Source: Octopus bimaculoides
Lineage: Eukaryota
Direction: 5' to 3'
Assembly (NCBI RefSeq): GCF_001194135.2
Contig: NC_069008.1
Span: 15,217,667 to 15,281,666, forward strand
Length of the DNA stretch: 64,000 bases
The notes under the pieces were generated by a model that worked only from the letters and a program-made list of their open reading frames with translations, did no database searches and was not told where the DNA came from. Within the stretch, counting starts at the first letter, position 1; each line of letters starts with the position of its first letter. Shown piece after piece: positions 30,284 through 42,751 of the stretch. A program made the translations under genes and the position numbers.

Positions 30284-31606
30284 ATGGAGAGATGTGAGAA
30301 ACTCAAGGAATTGATTTTACCTGAAGACATGATAAAAGAAAGAAGGAATTTGTCCTATGACTGTGATATCTGTGAAAAGACATTCTCTCTGAAAGGTAAC
30401 TTGACTAAACACAAACGTATTCATACGGGGGAGAAGCCATATCATTGTGATATCTGTGGTAAATCTTTCTCTGGAAGTACTGCCCTGACAATACATATAC
30501 GTATTCATACAGGAGAGAAGCCATATCGCTGTAATATCTGTGACAAATCATTTTCTCAAAATATTGACTTAAATAAGCACATTCGTATTCATACTGGGGA
30601 GAAGCCATATCACTGTGATATCTGTGGTAAATCATTCTCTCAAAGTGCTGTTTTAACTACACACAAACGTGTTCATACGGGAGAGAAGCCATATCACTGT
30701 GATGACTGTGGTAAATCATTCTCTCGAAGTTATCACTTGACTTCTCACAAACGCATTCATTCGGGAGAAAAACCATATCACTGTGATATCTGTGGTAAAT
30801 CATATTCTGAAAGTAGTATCTTAACAAGACACATGCGTATTCATACAGGAGAGAAGGCATATCATTGTGATATCTGCAGTAAATCATTCTCTGTTAGTAG
30901 TCACTTAACTAGACACAAACATATTCATACAGGAGAGAAGCCATTTCACTGTGATGTCTGTGACAAATCATTCTCTGCAAGTAGTGACTTAACTAGACAC
31001 AAATTTGTTCATACAGGAGAGAAGCCATATCATTGTGATATCTGTGGTAAATCATTCTCTGTAAGTAGTTACTTAGTTGAGCACAAAAGTTTTCATACTG
31101 GAGAGAGGCAATATCTCTGTGATATCTGTGGTAAATCATTCTCCAAATTTGGTACATTAACTAGACACATTCGTAGTCATACAGGAGAGAAGCCATTTCA
31201 CTGTAATATTTGTGGTAAATCATTCTCTGGGAGTAGCGACTTTACTAAACACAAACGTGTTCATTCAGGAGAGAAGCCATTTCACTGTGATATCTGTGGT
31301 AAATCATTCTCTCAAAGTTATAACTTAACTTGTCACAAACGTATCCACACAGGTGAAAAACCACATCATTGTGATATTTGTGGTAGATCATTCTCTGCAA
31401 GTAGTAACTTAACTTCTCACCAACGTATTCATACAGGGGAAAAGCCATATGAGTGTGGCATCTGTGGTATATTATTCTCTCAAAGTAGTGACTTAACTAA
31501 ACACCAACGTATTCATACAGGAGAGAAGCCATATCATTGTGATGTCTGTGGTAAATCTTTCTCTGAAAGTCGTAAGTTAAATAAACACATATCTACTCAT
31601 GTATAA
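30284..31606 (+). CDS. ZNF-7: C2H2 protein, 440 aa, 15 fingers
   Basis: Intact ORF; acceptor TTTCAG at 30014-30015. Confidence 0.92.
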   Translation: MERCEKLKELILPEDMIKERRNLSYDCDICEKTFSLKGNLTKHKRIHTGEKPYHCDICGKSFSGSTALTIHIRIHTGEKPYRCNICDKSFSQNIDLNKHIRIHTGEKPYHCDICGKSFSQSAVLTTHKRVHTGEKPYHCDDCGKSFSRSYHLTSHKRIHSGEKPYHCDICGKSYSESSILTRHMRIHTGEKAYHCDICSKSFSVSSHLTRHKHIHTGEKPFHCDVCDKSFSASSDLTRHKFVHTGEKPYHCDICGKSFSVSSYLVEHKSFHTGERQYLCDICGKSFSKFGTLTRHIRSHTGEKPFHCNICGKSFSGSSDFTKHKRVHSGEKPFHCDICGKSFSQSYNLTCHKRIHTGEKPHHCDICGRSFSASSNLTSHQRIHTGEKPYECGICGILFSQSSDLTKHQRIHTGEKPYHCDVCGKSFSESRKLNKHISTHV

Positions 31607-31898
31607 GGGTAACCGTGTGCCTTTTAGCCATGCCAATAACAAATCCACTCAATATGTCTCCCATTTTTTAGGTTGTTTGAGATTTACTGATGCCAACCCC
31701 TTTTTATTTACTTCTTACAGTATGCCAGGACATGATTTACTCTCAAAATTTCTTTTACAAAAAGTAAGAATAAAGACATCTATAACTACAAATGTTTTTA
31801 GATAAGAAAGGAGTTTGATAACAGCCTCCCAACACTATATTTTATATCACTACAACCATGTATACATTGGTGAGATAACATACCAATGTAGTATTTTT

Positions 31899-31904
31899 AA
31901 TAAA
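31899..31904 (+). terminator. Candidate poly(A) signal AATAAA in the type-B 3' UTR block
   Basis: Same context on - at 42248-42243 (ZNF-9) and as AATACA at 37268-37273 (ZNF-8 relic). Confidence 0.5.
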
Positions 31905-33201
31905 AGTAATTTCTTCTAGACTTTGAATTTGTTGTGCAAGAATTTACATGTGGAATTGTTTTGAAACCAATCTGTTGCCTTCTCAATGTTAAATAAGGAA
32001 ATATTTTCAGAGATAATAAGCGTCAATAACTTCAGAAAAAGAAGCTAAATATAGACAAGCAACAACTAGTGAATATGCTTATAGGCTTTATTCATCATGA
32101 CTCCTCAGAATATCCATATATATTTGTAGTAACGCTGAGCGCACGCGTAGTCTCACGCATGCGTGGAATTTAACATCCAAGCTTTCCCGCTTTATTCTGT
32201 CTCTTTCTTGCTGGCCAGCGATTGAGCAAGGACGTGTCTAGCTGTCTCTCCATCTTTCGAACTCACGCTAGACAGCTCACATCAACGTACACCGAAGACG
32301 TCTCAACAATCAAGAGTAAAGATGTATATTTTCCACCATGAATAAATGTTGTTTGTGTTGATAGTTTGGAGTTCTGCGTTCCGTTCAATTCTAATTTAAT
32401 ATAGGAAAGTCAGGTGTACATCTAATGATGTATAACCCACTTTCCTATATATTTCTTGTGAGTATTTGCGGAAATGAGAAAAGATTTATTTAATTTGTCG
32501 TTGGAAGTAAATAGTTGCAAAATGTATTCTTAGAGGTCAGTGATAATGTCACTGTGCAGCCATAAACACAGAGATTATAGAAGGAAGTGTTACTTGCTTC
32601 CATAAGATATGTCATCACCATCATTCAGTATCTGCTTTCCCTGCTGGCATGGGTTGCACAAGAGAGGACATGGATGGTGGGTCATAGGAAAGGGTGTGGG
32701 AGGGGGGGGACACTTTCATAAGAATGTGAATGGGAGTAAGCAGGTAGAAGTTAATGCGGTGGAAATGATGGAAATACTAGTTTATAGATAAGATGCACAC
32801 TAACATTGCACATCCAGCAGAGCATAACAGCTTCACTCCTCTGGGCTCAGTGCCCATATCTTGCTACCATGTATCTACACAAGCATCATACAATTTGCAT
32901 TTTACTTGGAAAGAGTGACCTTTCATTGTCAACAGAGTTCTTTGATCACTGAAAGTGGATGGGAGACCCAGGAAGACGTGGGATGAAGTGGTAATGACTG
33001 ATCTCAGGAAGCTAGACCTCACAGAGGAAATGACCAGGCATCGAGATGCCTGGCGATATGAAGGTCTTTAGCAGACCCACCCACACTTAACAAGAAAACT
33101 CCTCACATACTCTATTTCATCTCAATAATCACGTAAAATGATTTATTTGTAAACTGGGGGAAGGTAGAATATCATTTTTATGTGATCCTTGTTTTGAACG
33201 C

Positions 33202-33536
33202 AACTACAGTTTGGTGTCCCACCCTTGAATTTATTTCCTCATAACTCATTAAAACACACATTTTTAAATGACAGTTTGCAGGAATAAGTTTTTAAATGTC
33301 TAGATTTCTTTAAAAAAACTGTGAAAAATGCTAAAGTTAAGGACGCTGAAAATAACAAAATTGGAGTGGGGTTGAAAAAAATTGGAAATCCCACCAAAAA
33401 AGTTTTCCTAATTTCTTAATGAAGATAATCATTATTTAGTCCCTCAAAAATTCATCTCTGCAAAGTTTAATTAACAAGAATATCTCTTTTTCAGAAAGTT
33501 AAGAAACAGCCTAATGTGGGGCACCAAACTGTAGTT
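33202..33536. mobile_element. MITE with 21-bp TIRs
   Basis: AACTACAGTTTGGTGTCCCAC (33202-33222) versus GTGGGGCACCAAACTGTAGTT (33516-33536), one mismatch. Confidence 0.7.
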
Positions 33537-33539
33537 ATG

Positions 33540-33850
33540 CCTCATGTCATTTCCATGCAGTCCCTTCTGTTTTGTACATGTTCCACAACTGCCTTCCTAC
33601 ATATAGAAAAAAGCATAAATTATGTTATTCTTAACATATTTAATGAGTGAAGTGGCAAAGTGATATTAGTCAGGGATCCATGTGTAGGGTTACAAGAGGC
33701 AGTTTCTGTACGGAGGCCCTAAGATTAAGGGAAAGGAAAAGGGCATGCAAGTGGGGTGAGAGGAGCAAAAAAATTAACAATTGTAATTTTCACTATACAA
33801 GAATAAGAAAAAAATGAAAAAACAAAACAAACTACCCATTTCTTTTCTTG
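33540..33850 (-). pseudogene. Orphan ZNF 3' end (terminal codons plus type-A 3' UTR) with no finger array
   Basis: AAG AAA AGA AAT GGG TAG matches the ZNF-6 end GAG AAA GGA AAT GGG TAG. The UTR block matches 2820-2990, 11850-12060 and 18470-18660. Confidence 0.6.
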
Positions 33851-35099
33851 CCCTTGAGGCATGGGGCTTTTATTCCAAAATACCATCTACCAGGATTGGT
33901 AAACACAAATAAATACAGTGCATTGTCATCATATTTCAATTCAAATGAAAATCAATTTCATATACACACACTCAAAGATGTTGCAATTAGCATTAAATAA
34001 TTGATTTCATAAAAATTAAATAATAAATATGAGCATTTAACTGGGTTGAATGGTTGGGTAACGAGAAAGTGTGCCTCCAAAGCAAGTTTTGGGTTTCGTC
34101 CCTCTGCAATGCATCTTGGACAAGTGTCTGCTATTATAACCTTGGGCTGGCCAATAGTCACCTAACAGTCAACCAAAACCATTACTTTGCTATGAAACAG
34201 GTTTGTGTTAAAACGATGATAATGTTCTGCAAAAGAAGAACCTGCTAAGAAAGGCCAAGTCATGAAGAACAAACAACTGTTATCATTATCATCATTTAAA
34301 CATTCCCTTTTCTATGCTTGCTTGGGTCAGACAAGATTTAAGAAGAATTATTGTGGTCACATGCCCTTTCTATCATCAACCCTCACTGGTTTCCAATGAA
34401 GATAGTAGACAAATGACAGGTTGATCCAACATATGATATCAAAACGAGAACACACCCACACAACACTAACAGTTTTCACCTATGCAATCCACTCACTGTT
34501 GCTTTAGTAGAAGACACTTGCTAAATGCACTGTATTTTTGGACTGAACCTAAAATTACATCTGGGTAGCAAACTTATGAAGACATGCCTCTTATATTTTT
34601 TGTTAATGTTTTTTTCTTTCCTACACTTGTCTTTTCTTTGTTTGTCAATGTTTATTTTCGAATTGTAATAAAAACTGTAGAACCTATGAAAACAACCTGG
34701 TTCTTATCATAGCTCTCACAGGACCTAGAAGAAATAACAGCCACATATTTCAAATTTTTCCTTTGCCTTTTAAAAATTGAGCACCAATTTTAAATCTGTA
34801 GCCCTAGACATACAATCCTACAAAGACAGGATGTTCATGAATGGAATGTTTTTAATACGTCTGCTCAGAGTTGACTTGGAGCTGAACAACAAATTCAAAT
34901 TATATTTCTGGAGAGAGAAGAATGCTGCTGTACATTATATTCTCTGGTTTGATACCAGGCAGAGTCAAAAGTCTTTTCAGATTTCCACTGATATTTTTGG
35001 CAACTTGTATATCATTCATTTGATATAACTTGTCCAATCATTGCTGAATTGTTCATTCTTTGTTTTAGAACTTTAATAATGAGAGGTGAAAAAATTGCA

Positions 35100-35940
35100 A
35101 TTAGAGCCATTTTGCACTACCTGTAGGAAAAAGAGTGAGTGTAAGGGCAGCAGTAAAAGAAATTAACGATGTGGAAGGCTGAGAAACTGTCAATGAACAT
35201 GTGGCACAAAACTGGTCCAGATGTTTTAAGAAAGGTGACCCCAGCCTCAAACACAAGATGAGACCTTGCTTGAAATGGTTCAACATTCAAGCACCTGTAT
35301 TCTCTTTTACTCTTTTACTTGTTTCAGTCATTTGACTGCGGCCATGCTGGAGCACCACCTTTAGTCGGGCAAATCGACCCCAGGACTTATTCTTTGGATG
35401 CCTAGTACTTATTCTATCGGTCTCTTTTGCCGAACCGCTAAGTTACAGGGACGTAAACACACCAGCATCGGTTGTCAAACGATGTTGGGGGACAAACACA
35501 GACACACATATATATATACATATATATACGACGGGCTTCTTTCAGTTTCCGTCTACCAAATCCACTCACAAGGCTTTGGTCGGCCTGAGGCTATAGTAGA
35601 AGACACTTGCCCAAGGTGGCACGCAGTGGGACTGAACCCGGAACCATGTGGTTGGTAAGCAAGCTACTTACCACACAGCCACTCCTACGCCTATGTTATT
35701 GTTAGCAGAATTTAATTCTTCACAAAGCACTATTAGCTGACACCTCTACAAGTTCAGTCTTGTGAACAGATGCTGTCAAGAAGTTCCTTATGAACTGACC
35801 AATGACCAGGCTCAACATATGAACATTTGCTAACAAATTCTTGAGATGCCTGTTTTTGCAACTGAATTGTAACTGGAGATGAAAAATGAATCTATTTTCA
35901 TAATCCTAATAAGAGAAATCAGTCACTTCATTCCAGAATC
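35100..35940 (+). mobile_element. Degenerate mariner transposase fragment interrupted by a SINE
   Basis: EINDVEG*ETVNEHVAQNWSRCFKKGDPSL before the SINE; VPYELTNDQAQ...IVTGDEK after it. Confidence 0.65.
35302..35692 (-). mobile_element. tRNA-derived SINE, near full length
   Basis: On -: A-box-like TGGCTGTGTGG, B-box-like GGTTCAGTCCC, core GCCTTGTGAGTGGATTTGGTAGACGGAAACTGAAAGAAGC, internal (TA)/(TG) tract. Paralog at 63230-63649. Confidence 0.8.
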
Positions 35941-36380
35941 TGTTGTCAAAGAAGAGTGGTTTGAACAGGTTGAGGGGATGTTGCACTTTGAGTTTGTCTC
36001 AGCTGCAGTACAAGATGCTTTGAAAGCCTGCTACTCGGCATTGGTCAATTGAAGACATGCACTCCTACATGACAATCCCCTAACATTCAAGTTAGGTGCA
36101 AATTTGAGGGGCTGGAACCCCAGTTCTTGCATCAACAGATTACAACCCAAGTGTGGAACAATAGCAACAGACAATAGAATATGGGATATATTTTGCCAAA
36201 TAAATGCTTTTTGCATGTAATTTGTTAGGGCTATTAATTATAACTTGAAATTTAAAAAAACTCTCCACTCATCCTGGCATATATAATGTTACACAATATG
36301 GAAGTGTAGCTGTAGTTAACAAATATGTCTGATTCACCCAAGTTTCTGTAACCTGAACTTTGATAAATGAAAAAGTTCAG

Positions 36381-37310
36381 GTAAATGTTTTTCTCTAAAG
36401 AAATACAATAAATCTTCCACTTTTGAATTTGTATTTATTAGAAGCTGTTTTCTTCCTTCATTATTTCAGAATATCAGATGACATTGCCATAACTGAAAAT
36501 ATGTCCTCAGTAAATCATTTTCTAAATACTAAAGGAAAATATTATACAGAACAGACATATAACACTGTTTCTATGAATCTATGGTAGAATTCCTGTGAAA
36601 TATTTCCTCCGAACTAAGACTATTAGCTAAATTTCTGAACATCAATGACCCAGGTATCTATAAGAGGAGCTTCTGTAATGATTGAACAAACTTGTAAAAG
36701 TGTTGTTTAAAAAGACATACTCAGCAGAAATAAACTATAACAAAAAATATATATATATGATATGAAAAGGAAAATTGTGGAAAGAAGAAACTTTAAAGAA
36801 TTGAGTTTTCCTTAAGATCTGATAAAAGAGATAAGTTGCCATATGACCGTCAAATCTGGAAAAAGTCATCTTCTCAAAATACTGTCTTAAATAGACATGG
36901 ATGAATTTATATAGCAGTGTCTTTATGAATGAGAAAATTCATAACATACACCTTAAACTCCACCTAAATTTGGGTGTTAGCCTAGTGGACTTGGGGGCCA
37001 TGGCAATAACTATGCCAATCATTGTGGCTCACTTTTTTAGGGTGTCAATCACAGCAGGCTGCCCTTTCTTAATGCCATAACCTGTTAGTAACCTCTTACA
37101 GTATGCAGAGATATGGTCTAGTCATAATTCCTTCCATTAAAAATAGCAATAGTAAATGCATTCACAAAGGCAAGGAGAAACATTTGTAACAACAGCCTCC
37201 CAAAACTCTAGTTTATATCGTACCAAAAACATCTACATTGGTGAAATAATACACCTTTGTGACATTTAATACAAGCAATTTGTTTCAGATTTTGAATTGT
37301 GCAAGAGTTC
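36381..37310 (+). pseudogene. ZNF-8 relic: 5' splice sites, decayed leader, one dead finger and type-B 3' UTR
   Basis: Donor CAG|GTAAAT at 36381; acceptor TTTCAG at 36468-36469; GTG start at 36777 giving VERRNFKELSFP*DLIKE; YDRQIWKKSSSQNTVLNRHG*; 37190-37310 matches 31820-31940. Confidence 0.75.
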
Positions 37311-37759
37311 TGATCTGAGACTATTGTTATATTGGAAAGGAATTATAATTGATAAAACCTATAAACACACATTCAATCTTGGACAAGTGTGTTAATTTTT
37401 CTTCCCCAAGCAGCTGATGTTGACTGAGCAACTCAATGCTAAGATTCACCAATGAGTACCATTATTTTTTGTTAATTTAATAACTCTTCCCTTACAGAGT
37501 AATAATGCAAAAAGGGCTCAGGAACAGATAGTGAAAGACACTAGGCAAACTTGGGCATTGCAGGCTAAACCCAGCCATCACCTTGCTACTTCAAGAATAT
37601 TCAGACATTTAAATATTGATTGCTTGAATATTACATTACAAATCTGCCAAATGAGATTGGAGCCTGGTGGCGCCTCCTGGTCCACCAGTTGTCAGTCAAA
37701 TAGACCAACCCATGCTAGCATGGAAAGCAGACGTTAAACGATGATGGTAAACTCCTCTT

Positions 37760-38600
37760 CAATGTGGCCTGAAAGAAGACCAGTCTTTGTAGCATAGGAG
37801 CTGCATCTATATAACATGGCTGTAATGGTGTTGTTTAAAACAAGAATCTCTGAAGAGGGGTCACGTTACAGAATAATGTGGTGGTTAAACCTTTTAAAGG
37901 AACAACAATTGAAGGGTGCAAGAGGAAAGCTTGATGTAGCAGTTGCAGTAAAGAATTTCATAGTTTATAAGTTCTAAGAGCAGCCATGTTAATGATGATG
38001 CCATTGTTAAACAACAAATTTGTTACTCTAGTGAGTGTCTACTCTCCAACCAGAGGTTCCTCTGAAGATGAAAATCTAGCATTTTTTATATTTCATTAAA
38101 GAAGTTTGTTTGCAAAATTCCTTGTGCCGATAATATTGTTATACTTACTGTCTTCAGTGCCGGAGTTGGCAAGGATTACCAAACCTAGGCATACTTTAGA
38201 AAGTAATGGCTTATTACTGTTGCAAATATACTGGGAGCTGGAGTTGTGCATGGCAAACACCATGTACCAGAAAGCAGATAAATAGAAAACAACCTAGATG
38301 TGTTAAGGCTTGAAGCAGTGGTATAGAATTGAATTTGTTCATATTTGTTAGGTGTGAAGTTCATGATGTGTGTGGTGTCCTCATTATGTGGGGAGCTGAA
38401 TACTGGACTGACCATCATCTCGTTCATACAAATGTAAAGTAAGTTTGTTATAAAACTGAAAATAAGATTCATTGGTTTGACCATTCCAAAGATGTTGTGA
38501 CTTGCCTGAAAGATGATGCTATTAAAGAAGAATTCAGAGAAGAAGATGGACAATGTTGAATTCAAAGACTTGTGCAAAGAGTTCAAAATGCTGGTGATTG
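37760..38600 (+). mobile_element. Degraded RTE LINE APE-endonuclease region
   Basis: LVSVYSPTRGSSEDENLAF, NGLLLLQI...MANTMYQK and MWGAEYWTDHHLV, matching APE motifs. Confidence 0.6.
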
Positions 38601-40805
38601 GTATTTGAAAAGATGTTCTGCTATAGGTGCAGGGGAGGCTGTGGTTTGCTTTCAACAGAAGGTTTCAAGTTCAGTCCCACTGCATAGCACCCTAGGTGTC
38701 TTCTACTTATACCTTGGGCTGCCAAGCTTTTTGACAGATGGAAACTGAAAGAAGCTCATCTTGTTTATATGTATGGACTCTATTGTTGCTTTGACCAAAA
38801 AGGGTTCAGCAAAACACAGAAAACCATCGTCCTTTGGCCATCTATTTGCAGAGTCAAAGCTAAAGATGTCCAGTAGCACTCTCAACTTGTCCTTGTGGCT
38901 TCTTTCCCTATCACCACCGGATTTTGAAGAAAGTGTGATAATGTTGCTACCTTGGTTTGTTGAACAACTTGCATGACAAATATTATAATAGTGGGCATGG
39001 TTTGTGCACAGCCAGTCCCTTCCCCCTCGTTCATCAAACTTGTATTAACTTGGTGCAACAACCACCACAAGCCCAGTGCTTTTCAGGATTCTAAAGAGTT
39101 GAATGGTCTCTTCTCTATTGGTGCGTCTGTCAGTGACCTTCTTTCCAAAGCAATTCCATGATATGCTAGTTAACCAATAGCTGGGACCCTTACAGGTGCT
39201 ACTACTCCGGGTCAGAGTAGACCTGGGAACAATAGTGGCTAAGAGGTGGTTCCACACTCCTCAAAACTCTGAACCAGGGCCCCAGTACCAGATGCAGTTT
39301 ACAGTCATACCCAGGACCACTACATAGCAACTGCAGATAATTCAACATTCTTTTTAAGTGCACCTTTAGCATACAACAAAACTCTATTACTGAGGGCATG
39401 GTCAATTTTAAGTGCTGATACTAAGCCCACCTGAGTTTCTTTAAATCTGATAAACACAATAAATCTATCTCACTAGTTAACCACATACAGAACCTTAAGA
39501 AAAACAATGTACCATATAATATCATTTGGTGTATCATAGATATTGGTGTTCCATACCAGGACAAAAATTACCCATGTTGGTTATGTTTAACAAAATATTA
39601 ACAAATTCTATTACTTGATTCACTATTATTATTAAATAAACGCAACGAAGCATTTACCATCTGTGTCCACAGATTCTTTAAGATGTTCCAATTTTATCAC
39701 AAATCTAAATGTAGTGCTCTGAATCTCTCAACATGTCTCACCTGCATAAAGTAGATGTACCTCTTATACTTTATTAAGCTCCACCTTATTAGTCACCTCT
39801 TCTTATGAATATTTTTCTATGTACCTATCTGACATCTTTATTCACTTCCTCTATTTTACATTTACCACTTTTGAACTCTGTACTATTCCATAATTTTAAA
39901 TTTCATTATCTATTTTAATTGGAATTACAAGTTTGACTAAATATTCTTCTCTAGTGATCACATAGCATATTTTAGCTTCTACTTTGGATATTCTCTGCCA
40001 ATGTACAAGATTTAAGATCTTTGTGTTTTTACTCATTTGCTACTGCTAACCTTATGCATACCTTTCATTAAACTAACAATTTTAAACCTTAATTCCACAT
40101 TGTTACAATAAATAATTTCTTTCGTTTGATAACTACCAACACATACATCTTAAGCTCACTCTACTGTAGTCAGATGATTTATAACCCTATACCTGCGTAA
40201 CTCCTCAACCTTCTTTACTTAACATAACCCTTTCTGTCACACCCACATCACGCAAACCAATATACCAGACTGTAGTAGACAATGCATATACTAGAAAGAG
40301 ATATTTCTTCTGTGATTCCTGTATTTCTTGCTAACACAATAACTGCGTTTGGTGGAGGAAGAGAATATTCAACATTTTACAAATTTGCCACATAAGCCAT
40401 TCCAAGTTTTCCAAAGAATATTGCTGCATTAACATATTTTTTGTGAATTAGTGATTTATTTACACATTTCACTATGTATTTAAGTGAACTACTAGTCTCT
40501 AACAAGTGTTGATATATTAAACAAGAAGACAACTGGAATTTTTCCTATTACATCTTTTTAATTTATAACTAGTTTTATAGATATAATAATGAAATACGTT
40601 TTAAACATGAATATATAGACAGAAAATTGTATATATTTTGTAGGACCAATTTAACTTCACAACAAATCAAATAAAAACAATAAAAATTCATTACATACCA
40701 AACAAACTTAATTACCAGGCAGCTATTTGTCGCTACAATGCTTGAAATCATCTGATCCCATCCCTTGCTTCTTAATTAAATTTCAATGTAAAACTATGTG
40801 AATAA

Positions 40806-40840
<35 letters not shown>

Positions 40841-40842
<2 letters not shown>

Positions 40843-41681
40843 TGTGTAATGTCAGTGTAATGTGAAATGCATACTCGACAGTATAAGTGCCTTGAGAAAA
40901 AAGTTGGACCTAAGAAGCATCAGATGTGGTGTGCAAGAGAGACTACTGCGCTGGTATGGTCATGTGGTGAGAATGGATGAGGATAGCTGTGTGAAAAAGT
41001 GTCACACCCTAGCGGTTGAGGGAACCTGTGGAAGAGATAGACCTAGGATGAGGTGGTGAAGTACGACCTCTGAACATAAGGCCTCACCGAGGTAATGACT
41101 TCTGACCGAGACCTTTGGAAATATGCTGTGCTTGAGAAGACCCGGCAAGCCAAGTGAAACCATAACCTGTGGCCGATGCCAGTGGTGTAACCAGCCCACT
41201 TAGGTGTACCTTTCTTTCATTGGACACTAAACTCTGCTTGTGAAGACCTGTTGGGGCAAGTGAAATCAAATTCAATGACAGCACCGCATGACTGGCATCT
41301 GTGCTAGTAGAGCGCTAAGAGCACCATCCGAGAGTGATCGTCTCAGGCCGCTGACTGGCCCCCGTCCCAGTGGCACATAAAAAGCACCATTCGAGCGTAA
41401 TCGTTACCAGCATCACCTTACTGGCACTTGTGCCGGTGGTACGTAGAAAACAACATTTGAACGAGGGTGTTGCTAGTACCGCCTGACTGGCCCTCGTGCC
41501 GGTGGCACATAAAAGCACCTGTTACATTCTCGGAGTGGTTGGCATGAGAAAGGGCATCCAGCTGGAGAGACTCTGCCAAATCAGATTGGAGCCTGGTGCA
41601 GCCATGTGGCTCACCAGTCCCCAGTCAAACCGTCCAACCCATGCCAGCATGGAAAGCGGACGTTAAACGATGATGATGATA
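40841..41681 (+). mobile_element. 5'-truncated RTE LINE (RT C-terminus plus 3' UTR)
   Basis: LRWYGHVVRMDEDSCVKKC...GTCGRDRPR; ends AAACGATGATGATGAT. Confidence 0.8.
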
Positions 41682-42751
41682 TATATCTTGCACCGATGAA
41701 GACAAGATTTCAAATATACATTTAAGATGGAAAAAGCAATTATTGAAAGTTTGTTGTATATTCCCTTCCTTCATCAAACATGTCAATTGTACAGTGATGA
41801 TATAATTGATCTCAGAGAGTACATTTCTCAATAGTTTACCAACAATATCAAATCAATCTTTTCTCAATTCCAGAAATATGTTATATGGAATATTTTGAAA
41901 AGAACTTTAGTCAAATTTGGAAAGAGCCATAATTAATAATAAAGTTTATAATAACACTCACTGATTGTTGTCTGCATTTCACATCCTTTCTTTTATCAAA
42001 ACCTGTTGATGTTTGCTTATGTTACATCAAAATTTATTTCTCACTCACCATTCAGAACATTACAGATTTAGTGTAGCAAAAAATACTTTTAAGAAGATAA
42101 ACAAACATCAACTGCTTTAGCAAAAAAAAGTGAAACATTAGATAACAGCAAGTGAGTGTGTTTATATATGCTTTATTAAGTATGACTCCTCCCAAATATT
42201 GGATTCAACACAGTTTCAGTTCAAAACCTGGAAGAAATTACTTTTATTAAGAATATCACAGAGGTAAGTTATCTCACCAGTGTAGATAGAGTTGTAGTGA
42301 TATTATAAACTGTAGTGTTAGGAGGCATTACCAGACACTGTTGTGTTGCCTTTCCTGTTTGAATACATTGACTGTTATCAATGGGTGTTTTGCAGGTCAT
42401 TTTTCATATCGGAATTTTAGTAGTGAATCATGTCCCTGCATGTTGTGAGAGGTAACTAAAAGGGTTGGCATCAGAAAAAGTTGAACAGATGTAAAAGACA
42501 GCCTGAAAAAGGCAGCTACCATGAATAGCTTAGTTCTTGGTAAGGCTAAAACCAACAAAGCTATCACAACAATAGATAAAGCTTAAAATATTGGCTGTTA
42601 TCGTTATGAATTTTCATATTGATACAATTACACTTCAATATGAATAGATACATGTTTAGTTAACTGACAGCCTCCAGAGAATGATCTATCACAGATGTTA
42701 CAGTGATGTGACTTGTTTCGTGTTTGAATACATATGTGTTTAAGTGGGTCG

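Noticed and set aside
35620-35692. tRNA gene calls at A/B-box sequences (also 52921 and 63580)
   Set aside because: They are SINE heads continuing into repeat cores; no cloverleaf evident.
33850-36915. Idea that the orphan 3' end (-) and the ZNF-8 5' part (+) are one gene split by an inversion
   Set aside because: ZNF-8 has its own colinear type-B 3' UTR at 37190-37310, while the orphan is type A.
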